A program made the position numbers and the translations under genes. From Sphaerodactylus townsendi (lineage: Eukaryota), in contig NC_059432.1 of NCBI RefSeq assembly GCF_021028975.2, forward strand, positions 22,072,001 to 22,136,000: DNA of 64,000 bases. The letters run 5' to 3'. Of the stretch, positions 47,725 through 61,150 are shown in pieces. The notes below the pieces were generated by a model. It saw nothing but the letters and a program-made list of their open reading frames with translations, was not told the DNA's origin and did no database searches. Every line of letters starts with the position of its first letter. The stretch's first letter is position 1.

Positions 47725-49636
47725 AGGGTAGGCTCTATGGCCTCACATCCCTGCTAAGCTCCCTCCTCAGACTTTGCCCTCCCCAGACACCACCCCCAAA
47801 CTTCTTGGAATTTCCCAAACCAGAGTTGGCAATCCTATCTTTGGCAGTTGTGCATTCTGAAAGGAACTATGCTGCTTCTGAAGCTAGTGACTTTCTGAAC
47901 TGCTGATTGAAGACAATGGAACTAGAACACTAAAAACTGAGTGAGTGAGCTGGAACCTGTCATGTGGGAATAAAAAGTTCCCTCAGGACTTCTCTGTCTT
48001 TCCAAACAATGTTGTCACTAACCTGTCAAGATTTAGTTTCAGCTTATTCACTCACAGGCATTATAGCATAGGCACTGGTTCAGAACCTCTTCAACATTAG
48101 GCAATTTAGATTTTAAAAAATTGCAGAGCTAGATTACAGCCAATGCCAAATCCAGAAATAATTTATCTTAATGGCTTCACTTAAAGATTGAATAGCACAA
48201 GGAATAAATTTGAGCCCAGAGGAATCCTGTATTAATATTATCCACAAATGGACCAGGTGGTGTAATGGACTTTTCTAACATCTCAGTTATGTTGCAAACT
48301 GGGACCATCTCAAGTTTTCAACTGGAGCACTGACCATGCCAGCTGGAAGTTCCCTGAAGGCAAGCAGGAATCTCTCAAGATCTGTCAGCCTATGAGGGTG
48401 TACCTTGAGTCCCCCATCCCTGTGGAGGCTGTAAATCCTCTTTGGAAGGGCAGTTCTTTCGAGGGCTTTGTAGAAAAAGCTTAGCAAAAAGCTAGCAAAG
48501 AAAAGCAAAAACTTTGAAGCCTGGAAGAATAGAGTAATGCTGGCTTTGTTCTCAACCACATTATTTAGGATATAGATAAATGGATGTGACTTTTCATTCT
48601 AAATTTTCCCGTTCTTTATCAGTACTTCAAGGAGGCATAAACCTTCAGAATAAAGTATGTAGTGTGCATAGAACAATGAAAAGACACTGCAAGAAAAGAC
48701 AGACGCAAGAGGTTGGGACCTTATTGTCTTTGCTGTGTTGCATTTTGGTAACGTGATTGATTTTGATCAGATTTGTTTACCCATTTCCCTCTTTCTGGCT
48801 TTTGTACTAAGATGCTGCTGCTATTTTGGTGGGCTATTAAATGTGCTTCCTTTTTTCTGATATGAAAGTGTTGACTCGGCATGCCTTCGACTAAAGTATC
48901 AAAGTGAGCCTATCCAAATTGCCTAGCAAAACAACAACAGCAGCAAAAAATATTTTTCACCTTAACTTTACCCTTGTTACTCAACCTAGGTGAGGTTTTG
49001 GAAATGTAGAATGAATGGCAAGTTTCCAAAGCTTAAAGGCATTCAAATGCAATCAAAGGTCACCCTTCACGATCATTTCCTCAACCTTTGAAATTAGCAA
49101 ATATCTTTGCCAGAACTTTAATTAATAAAATATACTTCAGAATCAGCATTCAATTCAGTGCAACTTGCTGATGAAGAAAAAGGATTATAGTTCTGTTTTT
49201 TACGAAGTATGATGAAGGTAGGCCATCAGAACCGAGGAAATTATTTTCATATTTGGTGGTTGTGCACAAGATGTTCTGGAATATGATTAATACTGCTGTT
49301 CGAATACAGTGCCCTCTAGATTAAAAGATTTTCCTGCAAATTTACAGTATTTGATTTGATTTGATATATAAAAGCTGCAGCAAGGAATGGCATGTTGTGC
49401 AGGGTTAGATCCTCCTCCTAAAGAAGCCTGGTTTTCTTTTTAGACCTTGTCTTTGTGAATGATTGTAAAGTTCAGCACTCATTAGATCCAATATGAAGCA
49501 GAATACATTCATAAATAAGCCTCCAACATTCATCAGTACTATGAATTCATTTCAGAATAACATTGAATGGCTAAATTTGGTGTAATTATTGGTGGATATA
49601 TATCTTATAATTGTGCATTTTATAATTGTTTGTGTT

Positions 49637-49792
49637 TCTTGTTCCTGACGTTTCACCTGCGTCTGTGGCTGGCATCTTCTGAGGTGTATCACAGAGGGAA
49701 GTGTAACTGGACACAGTGTGTAACAGACTTCCCTCTGTGATACACCTCTGAAGATGTCAGTCACAGATGCAGGTGAAATGTTAGGAACAAGA
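49637..49792. mobile_element. Penelope-like inverted pseudo-LTR palindrome with two degenerate hammerhead ribozyme motifs
   Basis: ~66-bp arms around a ~24-nt loop; + strand CTGAAGA (49748-49754)...GAAA (49775-49778); - strand CAGAAGA...GAAACGTC. Confidence 0.8.
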
Positions 49793-50409
49793 TCCATGAT
49801 AACTTCTTAACAACCTGCTGGTGCAACCAATATAAAAATTACATGAAACTGTTGTTCTGAGTTAAGGTGAGTAATTCTGTGTTGAAAATGAAGCTCCAGG
49901 GCTGGAAGTTTTCTAAAAAGTCTTATTTTTAAATCAGAAAAATTTAAGCTTGCCAGTGTTATGACATCAGCACTCAGCTTCAGATGCTAACTAGTATGCC
50001 ACAGAGTGTGTAAACCTCCTCTATTGGCACATTAGAATAGTATAAAACCTTTGTGTATGCCCAAAAGGTGGGACTGTTTGAAGAAAATATTCTGCTACAC
50101 TCAATGTGTTATTCACTGAATTCACTTCATAATTCTGAATACTACTGGTAGTGTTTGTTAATGAAGGCTATTTAGTAGTATTGTGGTTTACCACTATTTA
50201 TTCACTTTGCAAAAGAACCTGAGAGAACCCTGCCCCCCCAATACTAATTACTCTGATCCACTGCATTCTGTGACAAATAATGAAAATGCAGGGATTTAAA
50301 AGGGGCTTTAAAATCTGGTTTTATTGTATGCTGTACAAAAGGTAACGGTTAAGTGCATTCTGTTTCTTAAAATGTAGAAGTTTGTTTCAAAGGAGCAGAA
50401 GATGTAGTT

Positions 50410-50700
50410 GGATAGGATAGGATATTTAATTTATATACCGCCCTCCCCCGGAGGGCTCAGGGCGGTGTACAACATAATAGGAATAACAGTAACATGATAA
50501 TACAAAGCCATAAAGCTACATATAAAGACAATATCAATTTCAGTGGATCCACAAATTAACAATTCAAGATCAAAATAATGCTATCAAGTTAACAGCTCAG
50601 AGCAAGTTTGCTATCCAACTAACTATCCTAGAGTTCCAGCTAACCTATCAGAACATCCTGTGGGACCCTGAAATCAAGGTAAACATTGCTATTGGCATTC
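50410..50700 (-). mobile_element. LINE 3' end fragment, same family as 15440
   Basis: GATATTTAATTTATATACCGCCCTCCCCCGGAGGGCTCAGGGCGGTGTACAACATAATA is nearly identical to ~15461-15520. Confidence 0.7.
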
Positions 50701-53700
50701 CCACAATTCAGGATACTAATATTGGAACTGGTTAACTGTTTTTTATGAACTTTGCCGAAGAGTTGAAAAGTTCACTGTATTGACTTAGAAGGTTACTTCC
50801 TTTTCTCACACCAGCTGTCTCTTGCCACATTATTTGAGAGATGACTCTCAGATGGAGGGTGCTGCATGTCACGGGTGTGCTGACAGCATTTCATAGATTT
50901 GCAAGTCACACAGGAGCAAGGCTAAGCGGGTGTACTCAGCAGTAGGTCCCATTTTCTTCACTGGCGCTCTTTCTGTGCCACTCCACCTGCTCCAAAGGGC
51001 TTTCCTGTGATGTGGGAAACTGAAAAAAATTAAAAAAAACCCCTCACCTTTGAATCCCCCATAGGCAAGAATAGAGATATGCCATTAAAATTGTGGCACA
51101 TCTCTGCCGGCGATTCTGCCAGTGCATGGGGGTTGAGCAGTCTCTGGAGGCCGACTGAGATCGGCTCTACCCCGTGGAAAGCCCCTGGAGCAGCCCCACC
51201 ATGCCAGTGCAGCTGGGCATGGTGTGGGAGCATCAGCCCAGAGCTGGGCACTGCATCCACCTGTCCCAGGGCCCCACAGTGACTGGATACTGATGGATTT
51301 GCCTCTCCACTGGCATAAGTGCTTCAGGGAGGGCAAATCCACTGGCATAAGCCTGCGTCACCTCCAGAGGGGGATTCAGTCCACCCCTCTGGATTGGGCT
51401 GCCCGTCTCAGGCCTGTTATGCATGGATGTGTTCCCATTTTCAAACATCCTTTTGCTTTGGATCAGATTTTTAATTACGCAATGATCCAGGTTAGATTTT
51501 TCCTCATGCAACTGCTCTGAAGTGACCACACTTTTAAAAGAGGAAGCCCTTCATTTTCCATGAAAAACCCACCATGCTTTCCAAAAAGGGCTATGCTTTC
51601 CAAAAAGGACTATGTGATGTATCTACAGAATTTTAGATTCAGGGTTATTGCCTGGAAACGAGTTCTGTCTGGTGAATTGGGATGCCCTCACTAAACTGAA
51701 GGATCCTTTGAGAGAGCCATCCGAAGCAGGTCTACTCAGAATCCCACTTAAAGAGAGAAATAGATATACAATTTTTGTTTGTTTATTGATCTACTTCATT
51801 TATCCCTTGCCTTTCTCCCCACTGGGGACCCAAAGCAGCTTATATTGTTATCCTTCAGAGCCGCCAGTTCTGGGTGGGGAAATTTGTGGAGATTTCAGAG
51901 TGGACCATGGGAAGGGCAAGATTTGGGAAGGAAGCTGGAGTTTCATAACTGACGTAATTAGCAGGTATGTGCGCTGTGTGCAGAAGCATTAACGAGCCTC
52001 TCCAGTCCACTCATGACCTGATTCAAAAAGGAGAGTTTTGTGAAGATTTGGTAGGAGAAGTTCCTTACATTTCCACAAATGAAGCACAGGAATATATCAA
52101 ATATTGCAAACGACACTTATTTCAGCATGTTCTCACCCTTTATGTGTGTCTGCCCCAGGGTTGCAAGAAGTCTTGATGTACTTCTAAATTGAAATATATA
52201 TTTCATTGTTATTCTACATGTATAACACTTGTTCTGATAGTAAAATGAGTTATACAGTTGAGAGGATCTGAATGTAACTGAAAAAATTGTTCATGGAAGA
52301 AACTGGCAATTTCTAGCCTAAACCATGCCCAACTTGCTTTATTTTCAACTAGTTGGTTTAAATTGAAAAGGGTTGTACAGAACTAGCCCATAAAACATCT
52401 GTGGATGTTTATTGATGGTTTCCCATGTGCCACTGACTCAGAAAGATAATAGAAATGTTTCGTGAAATGGCTCAAAGACTTCTCTGACCCCCTTTGCAAT
52501 GGAAGAGTTACCCAAGTATTCATTTATTTTTCCTCTTTTTCTGTTAGTTTTATATTATTCTGTTTTTTGTTGATATGTTTATGATGGAGGATTTTTTTGA
52601 CAGCTTCATAACACGAAGGTCTTTCTATAAAGGGAAAGATTTAGTATAATGGGTTTCCCTTTTTTTATAGCCAAATTGAGCCTATATTTTTTGAGCAACT
52701 TGATAACTAGCCCTTCCTGAAATGTCAACAGCCATTTCTTGCAGCAGTTCTTTCTCTCCATTTCATTTTCATCTATGGCTTTACTTTCAAAAGGTGAAGT
52801 AGGTGTTTTATGTTTCTGCTTTCAGTGATGAATTGGCTTAAAGATTTCTGTTAAAGGCATTTCATGAGACCTGTTGGGTAACAATTCGAGAAACAAGGCA
52901 CTGGTGAAATAATACATCCTATGTGAAGTTAAATGATTAGCTTGCATTGATGCCTATAGTCATGTTCCCCAATCCAGAGGATATTAGCTGGTGCTTTGGA
53001 CGTGATGGAATCAATTAGCTAGTGCTTTGGGCCTGTTGGAATCAATGGAACTTATTCATACCTCATTGAGTGATAACTTCTCTAGGGTGCTAGAAAGGGA
53101 AGGCTTTTTACTATCAAGAGATAGTAATGAACAGGTTTATGGTTAACAGTGTAGAGTTCGTTAAAATATTGAGAACTGTTACAATTTAAATAGTTGGGCA
53201 TCTAAGGTACATAAGTATACCTGAATCAATCTACTTGCTCATGTTGCTGAAACAGACTGTAAAAATAACATGTTTGAATAGTCTATTTTTTCATAATAAA
53301 TTGTTTCTTTTACGAGAAACATAGGTTTACAGTATCTTGTTAACCCGTCAAGCCTGTAACCTACTTGGCAGGAAATGATTTGTCCCTAAACTGGGATTTG
53401 TCTATAAAATGTTGTAAAAATGATACTGCATACCCAGAGCTACCATTTAAAGGACAGAATTGAGTGGTGACAGAGGAAAGCTGGTAGGGCAGAGCCCGAC
53501 TTAGATCACCTTCTAGACAAAACTGGTGCTGTCTGACTGTTTTGCCACAAGCAACTTGACTGAATGGAAGAGGGAGACCAAAGTGAGGAGGGGGAAGTGT
53601 GGCGTTCACTAGGCTTTTCCCTTCCTGTTTTACTGCAATGAAGGATCTGGGAGGCTCAGGCTCAAACCCCATTCTGTCTTGAAATTTACTGGGGTAAGTG

Positions 53701-56334
53701 TGCATCAGTCAGTCTGTCTTGCAGCCTCACATAACACACAGGGGTGTTTGTGAGGATCAAATAGAGAAGGGGAGAATAACATGTCCCACCATACGCTCTT
53801 TGGAGGAAGAGTAGGATAAAAGTGTATTAAATAAATAGATAGTAAGGCTTTGCAAGTAGCTTGACAAATCAGGGTTGCCAATTAGGTTAGAGAAAAATAC
53901 CCCTTCCATTTAATAGATGCTTAATGAAATGTTATTTACCACCATGCCTTAAAAAGCTTCAACTGCCCACTTCTTCACATTTATTAAAGGGACAGGACAT
54001 TTTCTTCTTTGTTTCTTGGTTCCCCTTGTTCATGTGGCAAATATTGTTTATGTTATTTGACCTCAGAAGGGTGCGGTGTTAAATAATGATACACAGACTT
54101 AACAAATAGTAATATGCATATTTTTTAACTAATAGGACAGAGCTGCCCAAGAGCACGAAAATAATGGCAAAGTTGTTGTTTTGAAAAAAAAATCTTTAAA
54201 CTGCTTCATTGCAGCCCTAGCAACATTGGAGAGAGGTTCACTCCTTGAGGAATACCACACACCCAAAGGTGAGGTTCTCTCCCCTAGTGCCTCCCTCTGT
54301 CCTTGGTCCTGGAGAAATGAGCGGAACTATTGCAAGTCTGTCCCATGGATACCAGCCTTGGCAAGGTGTTGAGTCAAGAGATTGTAATCAATCGTATCGA
54401 ACATTGCCATCAAATCTAGCTATAACAGCTGTGCTGATCCACCTTGATCCACTTGCCTCCAGAGGCCATCTGTGCAGGCAACCAAAACTGTCTCTGTTCC
54501 ATAGCCAGGATGGAAGTTGGACTAAAAGGGGTCCAGTACCAGTATATCCTCCAGGAAACCCAGAAGCTGCTCCACAGCCATTGCTGGGATCCAAAACACA
54601 AAAAGGCTTTAGTGAAGAAATCTGGCTGCAGCTCTACCATTTAGTATTAATTCTCAGGTCTGAACCCAGACATTATTGATCATGCTGTCCATCTCTGGCA
54701 GAAGTAATCTCTCTTACAGATACTTGGCAATATTATGTGTGACCCAGCTCAGCAAGGACATCCTTGTACACAAGTTTGTTTTGCCATTTCAGTTACTATT
54801 GTTAATCAACATGCCTGTTAATAGAATGTTAGATTAGACTATGAGTCTGGCCAGTTAGAACAAACTCTATATTAAGTAAATTTAGGTGGTAGGCAGATGA
54901 TAGCTCCTTGGACTACAGGTGGGTGGAGTTATATTTCTCGATGTTCCCTGATTCTAAAAAAAAATCCCCATAAAACAGACCATTGGGAAGAAGACTAGCT
55001 TATCTACATCCAGGAAATTAATTTTAACACAGGTAACTATACAAAAAGGATGACTCCCTCCTTCCACACAAGTCTGCAGTGGTATAGTCCAGAACCATTG
55101 GGCTTCATTGTACTTATTGGTTAGATTGGCTCATACTTAACCATAAAAAGTGTTTTTCTTCAAAAAATATATGGCATACACACAACCATGGCTCATTTAA
55201 CATGCGAGCTTCCTTTTACCAGTTGGTCAGAATGATATCTTTGATTAACTCCATGCTTGGTCAGTTGTCATTCATATGCGATTAACATAATTCAGAGTGC
55301 ACTAGACCCTGTGCCCCACTCAATTTTATGTATTTTTGAAACTTGAATTCAGGCATACATACAAATTATTTTGGACTCCAGAGATGGAGTACATGCTTGA
55401 TTCTGGAGCATAGCCCCAGGTTCTCACTTAAAGCTCTATTTGATTTACATCTAATAGAGTACTTCAACTTCCAAGTATTTATTGCCTAGGGCAGCGATGA
55501 ATGGGTAACCAAAAAAGTAGGCAAAAGCGGACAGTATTTGCACACTCTGATTTATATTCATGGATGCAAATTAACACAATTACTATAATTTAAATAGCAA
55601 TGCAACTCACCCTAGTGCCAGCTGTCTGCCTTCCAAGTGCTAACGGTTGTGGGGAAACTTTCCAAGGCCCCCATTCTCCTTATGGCTCATCATCTTTAAT
55701 TCATCCCAAACAGCCTGGTGAGCTGAAGCTGCTCTTTTCCAGCTACAAGTAGTGATGGAGGTCCGTTGGCTCCTGAGAAATGGAGCCTCCACAGTCATTT
55801 CAGCTGATTTTACTGGACAAAAAGCAGAACCCAGACATTTCAGAGGACAAGCCTCAAAAAAGATGGTCCTCTGAAGAAGAGTTGTACCCATCTGACTACA
55901 TAGTTGTACCCACAGTTGTACCCATCTGACTACATAGTTGCCTCGTTTACTGGAACTTAACAGTTTCCTCAGTGTATATTCAACTGTCCATTAGTTTGCC
56001 TTTAATACCTCATTGGGACCCTCCCAGTCAAATGTTCGCATAGAGGCTGAAGATAAAAGCTGTCATATGTTTTCTTCTGACTACATAATCCTATATATGA
56101 AGGGGTAAATAAAAGCATTTACTCCTTTCCATCATGATCCAAGAGGGGAACAATCACTCAAACTAAAATCATCATGTTTAAAGCTATCAAACCTTAAATC
56201 TGGCAACCCCTCAGACAAAAAATAAACTCATAAAGTTCATGCAATTGCTGTCTGAAATAAGGGTTTTTCTAGCCTTCCTGCAGGCGAACAAGGGCTACAT
56301 CCACACATCATTGCACTATATGTGGAAAACCTGC

Positions 56335-56560
56335 TGAGTAACCTCTCAGCCTAACCTACTTCAGAGGGGTTGTTAAGCGATTACTACTGTTTTATGGTTT
56401 TTATCGTAACCCACCCTGAGTCTGCGGTAAAGGATGGGGAATAAATGTAAATAAATAGAAATAGAATATAAATAGATTTAAACTGAGGATAGGAGACGAT
56501 ATAAGTCGCTTTGGGTTCCAGCTAGGGAGAAAGGTAGAGTATACATGAAGTAAGCAAATA
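56335..56560 (+). mobile_element. tRNA/CORE-type SINE 3' portion with an embedded LINE tail
   Basis: CTCTCAGCCTAACCTACTTCAGAGGGTTGTT...AAGTCGCTTTGGGTTCC...GGGAGAAAGG; reverse-complement similarity to 59495-59720. Confidence 0.55.
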
Positions 56561-59494
56561 CTGTTGCACCATAGTTATCCATCACAATTGGATTTTCCTG
56601 TGGAACTTAAGTCAGTCTGGGAGGTAAAAGGAAGGCTATGGTGCAATATTGGTGGGTGGATGCAGCCTTGGAGGAGATATTTTGCATCTTTCAAGGAGTT
56701 TGTTCCATGATTGTGGGCAGCCTCAAGGCAGCACCTTCAACAAGCATTGTTCATTGAAGTGTAATTCTTATGCCAATACTGACCTTCCTTGGCTGAGCAA
56801 GGAGTATATAATTTGTTTGACTCATGTGATACTCCTCTATGGGTGTTAATGTAGCAATGTAAGACTGGACCATAGGAGAACAGCTTTCATGCTGCTCTGG
56901 TAAAATCTGAACGGGCTAAAGTATTATACCATAAGCTGGGATGCTCTTTCCCTTGGAAACCCACCGAAACATAAGCATTTTCTTCTGGATGTGCTGCTAT
57001 TCTGCTGCTTTTAAATCTGCTTTTATGGCCAGAGGCATATTGACATGGGGGATACTTTGGTTAAGATCCTGATGGATTTAATGTGGGTGTATTGTGTAAG
57101 TCAGCAGTGTTGAATGCATTTATTACAAGGGCAGGATATAACATAAATGTGACTTGGGCTGATTATGCACAAGGTGTCTGCTGTGCTGCAGGGGTGAATG
57201 CCTGTCATGGCAAGAATTTTTGTACAGAAATATTTCCTTGAGCCCCACTTTCACATTCCATTCTCCCTGTGACAAGTGACACCCCTTCTAGTATGACTTA
57301 ATTTGCTTCACCGCCTGAGCAGGGCAAATTTGCCAGTGAGTACAGCTTTGCCCCAGATATCTTCCCTCCACCCATGGCCAGCCTATCTAGCTTCGCCATT
57401 CATACTCCCTTCCATTGCCATCCACACCTTCCCCCTTGGCCCCCCATTCCACATTTCTGGCTCCTTCCTGCTTCCTACTCATCCTGCTGGCATCTTTTGG
57501 TAGCCATCAAGTGGAAGTCAGAGAAAAGAAGCTCAACCACATGGGTTTAGCCAAAGCACACCAACCTCTAAATTCTCACATCAATATCTCAATACAATAA
57601 CAGTGCATGATCCCATCATAAACCCAATGTTCTTGTGAACTCAGTCTCCCCTTTTCCAGGGATGGTGTGAATCTCCCCCATACACTACAAGGATGTCAGA
57701 GAGCAGATGTGGGGGTAGATCTAATGCAGGGATATAAAAAATCAAGGAATATTGAAATAACAAGCCTCTCTCTCCTCCTGTGGCAGCAGTTGCAGCAGGA
57801 AGTATGAGTGTTTGTGTGGAGGGGGGAGAATATCAGTTTTGGGACATAGTCCCCTTCTACCTTGTGATCCAGAAAATTGCTTTGCCACTTTCACTGGGGG
57901 GAATTATTTTGGAAAGGAACTACGATATCAGTTTAACTGCAACAACAGTAATATTGATAAAACAGCAATTTAAACAGCTTTAACAAAGTTCAGCAGTCTT
58001 GTGACTGTGTACTTTAAGTTTGAGTTAATAATAACACTCTCTCGCATTTTAATCTCAACGGATCACGTTTTTATCCCACCCTTCCTCCACTGGGCCCAGG
58101 GTGACATACATGTGAGCTGGAAATATGGGCTGCAAGTGACTGGCCCCCACATCACCCAGTGAGCTTCTTGGCTGAGGCAGGTTTGAACTAGAGATGTGAT
58201 TGAGCACCTACTGGTTTGATGCCCATGATCCATTTGTTTATCAAAAAGCTGTTTATCAAATTTGTTTATCAAAAAGTTTTGATATGTTTATTAAAAAGTT
58301 GGGTTATTTGTGAGCAACTCACTAGGTTGCTTTCTGCACACACACACAGACAGAGAAGGGCTCATTAACTCCTCTACCCATGGCTGCCACCTTGCCACAC
58401 TCTACCACCAGTAGTTCAAATGGGAGTGGTGGTGGAACACTTCATATATCAACCGTACTTTAAAAAAAGACTTATCATTTTTGTGTTTCACGGAATTTGT
58501 CACACATCAACATTAATCTACCTGCATCTGCAGCTATGTGCTTATAAGCACTGTTGCACAGCCCCATGGGATCCATAGTTTTCCAATCCCTTTCTAACCT
58601 TGTTTAGTTACCTGACTCAGCCTTGCTTACGAGGGAAAAGGATTTCATGATGCACTACATAGGTGCCAAAAAGGCCACAAGGGAGAAGGAAATGAAACTT
58701 CACCATCACAATGATTATATAACCTCAAAGTTGCTCAACACAATGTTCCAGTGAATTGGTAAAAAGTAAAGGTGAGTCAAGCTTCACTTGTGAGTAATTG
58801 TAGCTGTCAAAAAAGGTGTATTCACCTGCAAAACTTGTTCTTGTGCTTCATTCAAACCTAGGTCTCCCCTGTCCCAGTCTGATATTTTAGCTACTCTGCT
58901 GTATTGGCTCTTGGCTTTTGAATGCATTCCCATCGATCTCATAGTTCTATTTATAGTTGCATAGCTCTTTATGGTACCAATCTGTGGACATCATGTTATA
59001 TCTATCGATTCAAACAAATGGAATTATATTAACATTTTTGGATGGTGACATTCTTAAAAAAGCCCAGTCCATGAAACTAGGAGAAAGTTGACAAGGAATA
59101 TTAGAGTCATGTGAATGGTCATTTCTGGAAGGAATCTTGGCTGAGACTCTTGAAAACAGGTTTCTCCTCTTTGACTGACAAGTAGTTAGTTTTCTTATTC
59201 TTGAAAGCCCAGCTGTGCCCGACAATGCGACCAAGACTTGTCATCCATTACTTGCAAAAGAGAGGGTTTTTCATTCTATCCTGTCACTTTTTCATTACTT
59301 TTTATGTCACAGACATCATTCACACATTCTTCAAAGTCTCCTGTATTTCTGACCTGAATTAAGTGAGCTGAGCCACAATTCTTTGTTTCTCATTGTATGT
59401 GAAGGCAGCTTGTCTTGATGTTACTGTCACAGGAGAAGTGTACAGACCTACCATCTTTCAGAAAATGAGATGCACCTATGCAACAAGCCACTTC

Positions 59495-59720
59495 CTTTAT
59501 TTATTCCTTTATTTAATTCATTTGCACCCCACTTTTCTTCCCAATAGGAACCCAGTCACTTATATTGTACTTTTTTCTGTCCATTTTATCCTTACAGCAG
59601 CCCTGTAAGGTGGGTTAGGCTTAGAGAGCGTGACTGGCCCAAGTCACACCAACGAGCTTCCTGGCATCAGTGGGGATTCAAACCTGGGTCTCCAGAAACT
59701 AGTCCAACACTCTGGCTCTT
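59495..59720 (-). mobile_element. tRNA-derived SINE (squamate Squam3/MIR-like)
   Basis: T-rich tail, CAGCCCTGTAAGGTGGGTTAGGC core, GGATTCAAACC (B-box on the minus strand). Confidence 0.65.
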
Positions 59721-60189
59721 GATTATGTTGAACTACACACTGGTGCAAGCCAAGGGGCTATAGAGGCAGAGGGCTTATCTCCAGGAAGCGCAAACTGTAT
59801 ATAATGGGCTGGTTACTGCAGTGCTGAAGTGGCAAATTACATTTCCTCCATTAGACTTAGTGGGGGGGCTACTATGCAATGATTTCAGATGAGTTGCAGG
59901 CAAAACTTGCTCACTGAGAAGTTCAGTCGTGGTAAATAAGCCTCCCTAAAAGATAATGTCTAATGCTGTCAGTCGTCTCCTACTGTGAAAAGCTGTTGGA
60001 TACACTCTCATTTAATGCAAAATGATGGCAAGAACCAGCGCTGCTGGATCTAGTCAGTCCCAATCTAGTTAAAAATTTCAGATTATTTTTTAATGTATTT
60101 TGTTGTGCCTGGTTTCCCAAACAGTCATTTTCAACTGAAGCAATTTCAAAATACTCATTTTTATCAGAGACTGACAGTGTTTCTAATGT

Positions 60190-60193
60190 TCTC

Positions 60194-60251
<58 letters not shown>

Positions 60252-60280
60252 GCACGCACACACACACACACACACACTCT
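60190..60280. repeat. Compound (CT)n(CA)n microsatellite
   Basis: Directly visible. Confidence 0.95.
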
Positions 60281-60289
60281 TTAAAAATT

Positions 60290-61150
60290 ACCTTATTTAT
60301 AGCCCGCCTTTCTTGCTGAGACTCAAGGCACATTACAGAATACAAAACAAGCCCCACAGAAGAGACCTCCATTTAGCAGTGCTGTAGGACTAGGATTACA
60401 GTATTGGACGACAATGCAATTAAAAAAGAAAAGAAAAGTGTATTTCAGGCATAACATGCAATAATACAGAAAGCAGGTAAGAAAGCCAGAAGACCATGTA
60501 GTAAAGGGAAAGTGAGAGATACAAATAATATTGCAAGAGAATACAAAATCTGTCCCTTATAAAATGGCCTCATGCACTGTCTTCAGTTTTAATCCTTTAC
60601 AAAAATGCCCTTCTGAACATTTCTGATTGCAAATTCTGGAAATGACGTTAAGCATTGGGGGGGGGGGCGCTTTGTGACCTTCTCGGCCAGGCTGTTCCAC
60701 AAGGCGCACTGGAGTCCTAGGTTTGGATCATGTAAGTACATTTCCTTTAACAGAAGCATGATTAATTTTGCCAACTTCCCCCTCCTATTGCAGACCTCCA
60801 ATTTGCCCCAATGTTGTTTCTGGGGCATTTTGGACTGTTGTGGGAGGAAACGAGTTGGAAGGTCCTATTTTGGTGAAAGAAGTATCTTCCATTATTGGAG
60901 ATCATGGAGCCAAGCTTCTATCTGATTGCAAAATACTGTGATTCACTTGAAGGCCAGGTTCAACAATTTTAGCATACATTTTTCACTCATCTCTCAGCTG
61001 TGCCACTTTCAACTGATGGGCAGCCCCATCCAACAGGCCGCCTGTCTGCCCATGGTGCTGTGGCCGTGGCAGTTGCCATTCCCAAGGAGGCTTCCTGGCA
61101 GCTTGGGGAGCCTTGAAATGCAAAAAAGCCTCCCCATCACCAGGAACCCC
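60290..61150 (-). mobile_element. Old L2/CR1-group LINE 3' fragment
   Basis: 3' end TTTATAGCCCGCCTTTC...GAGACTCAAGGC; minus translation ALWNSLA resembles the L2 LWNSLP motif. Confidence 0.5.

Noticed and set aside
54245-54679. 144-aa ORF
   Set aside because: No recognisable domain; at most a decayed LINE ORF2 C-terminal remnant, too weak to call.
22518-55940. Short local tandem duplications (~22518-22592, 32731-32802, 51574-51615, 55880-55940)
   Set aside because: Ordinary slippage-type duplications of 20-35 bp with no further structure.
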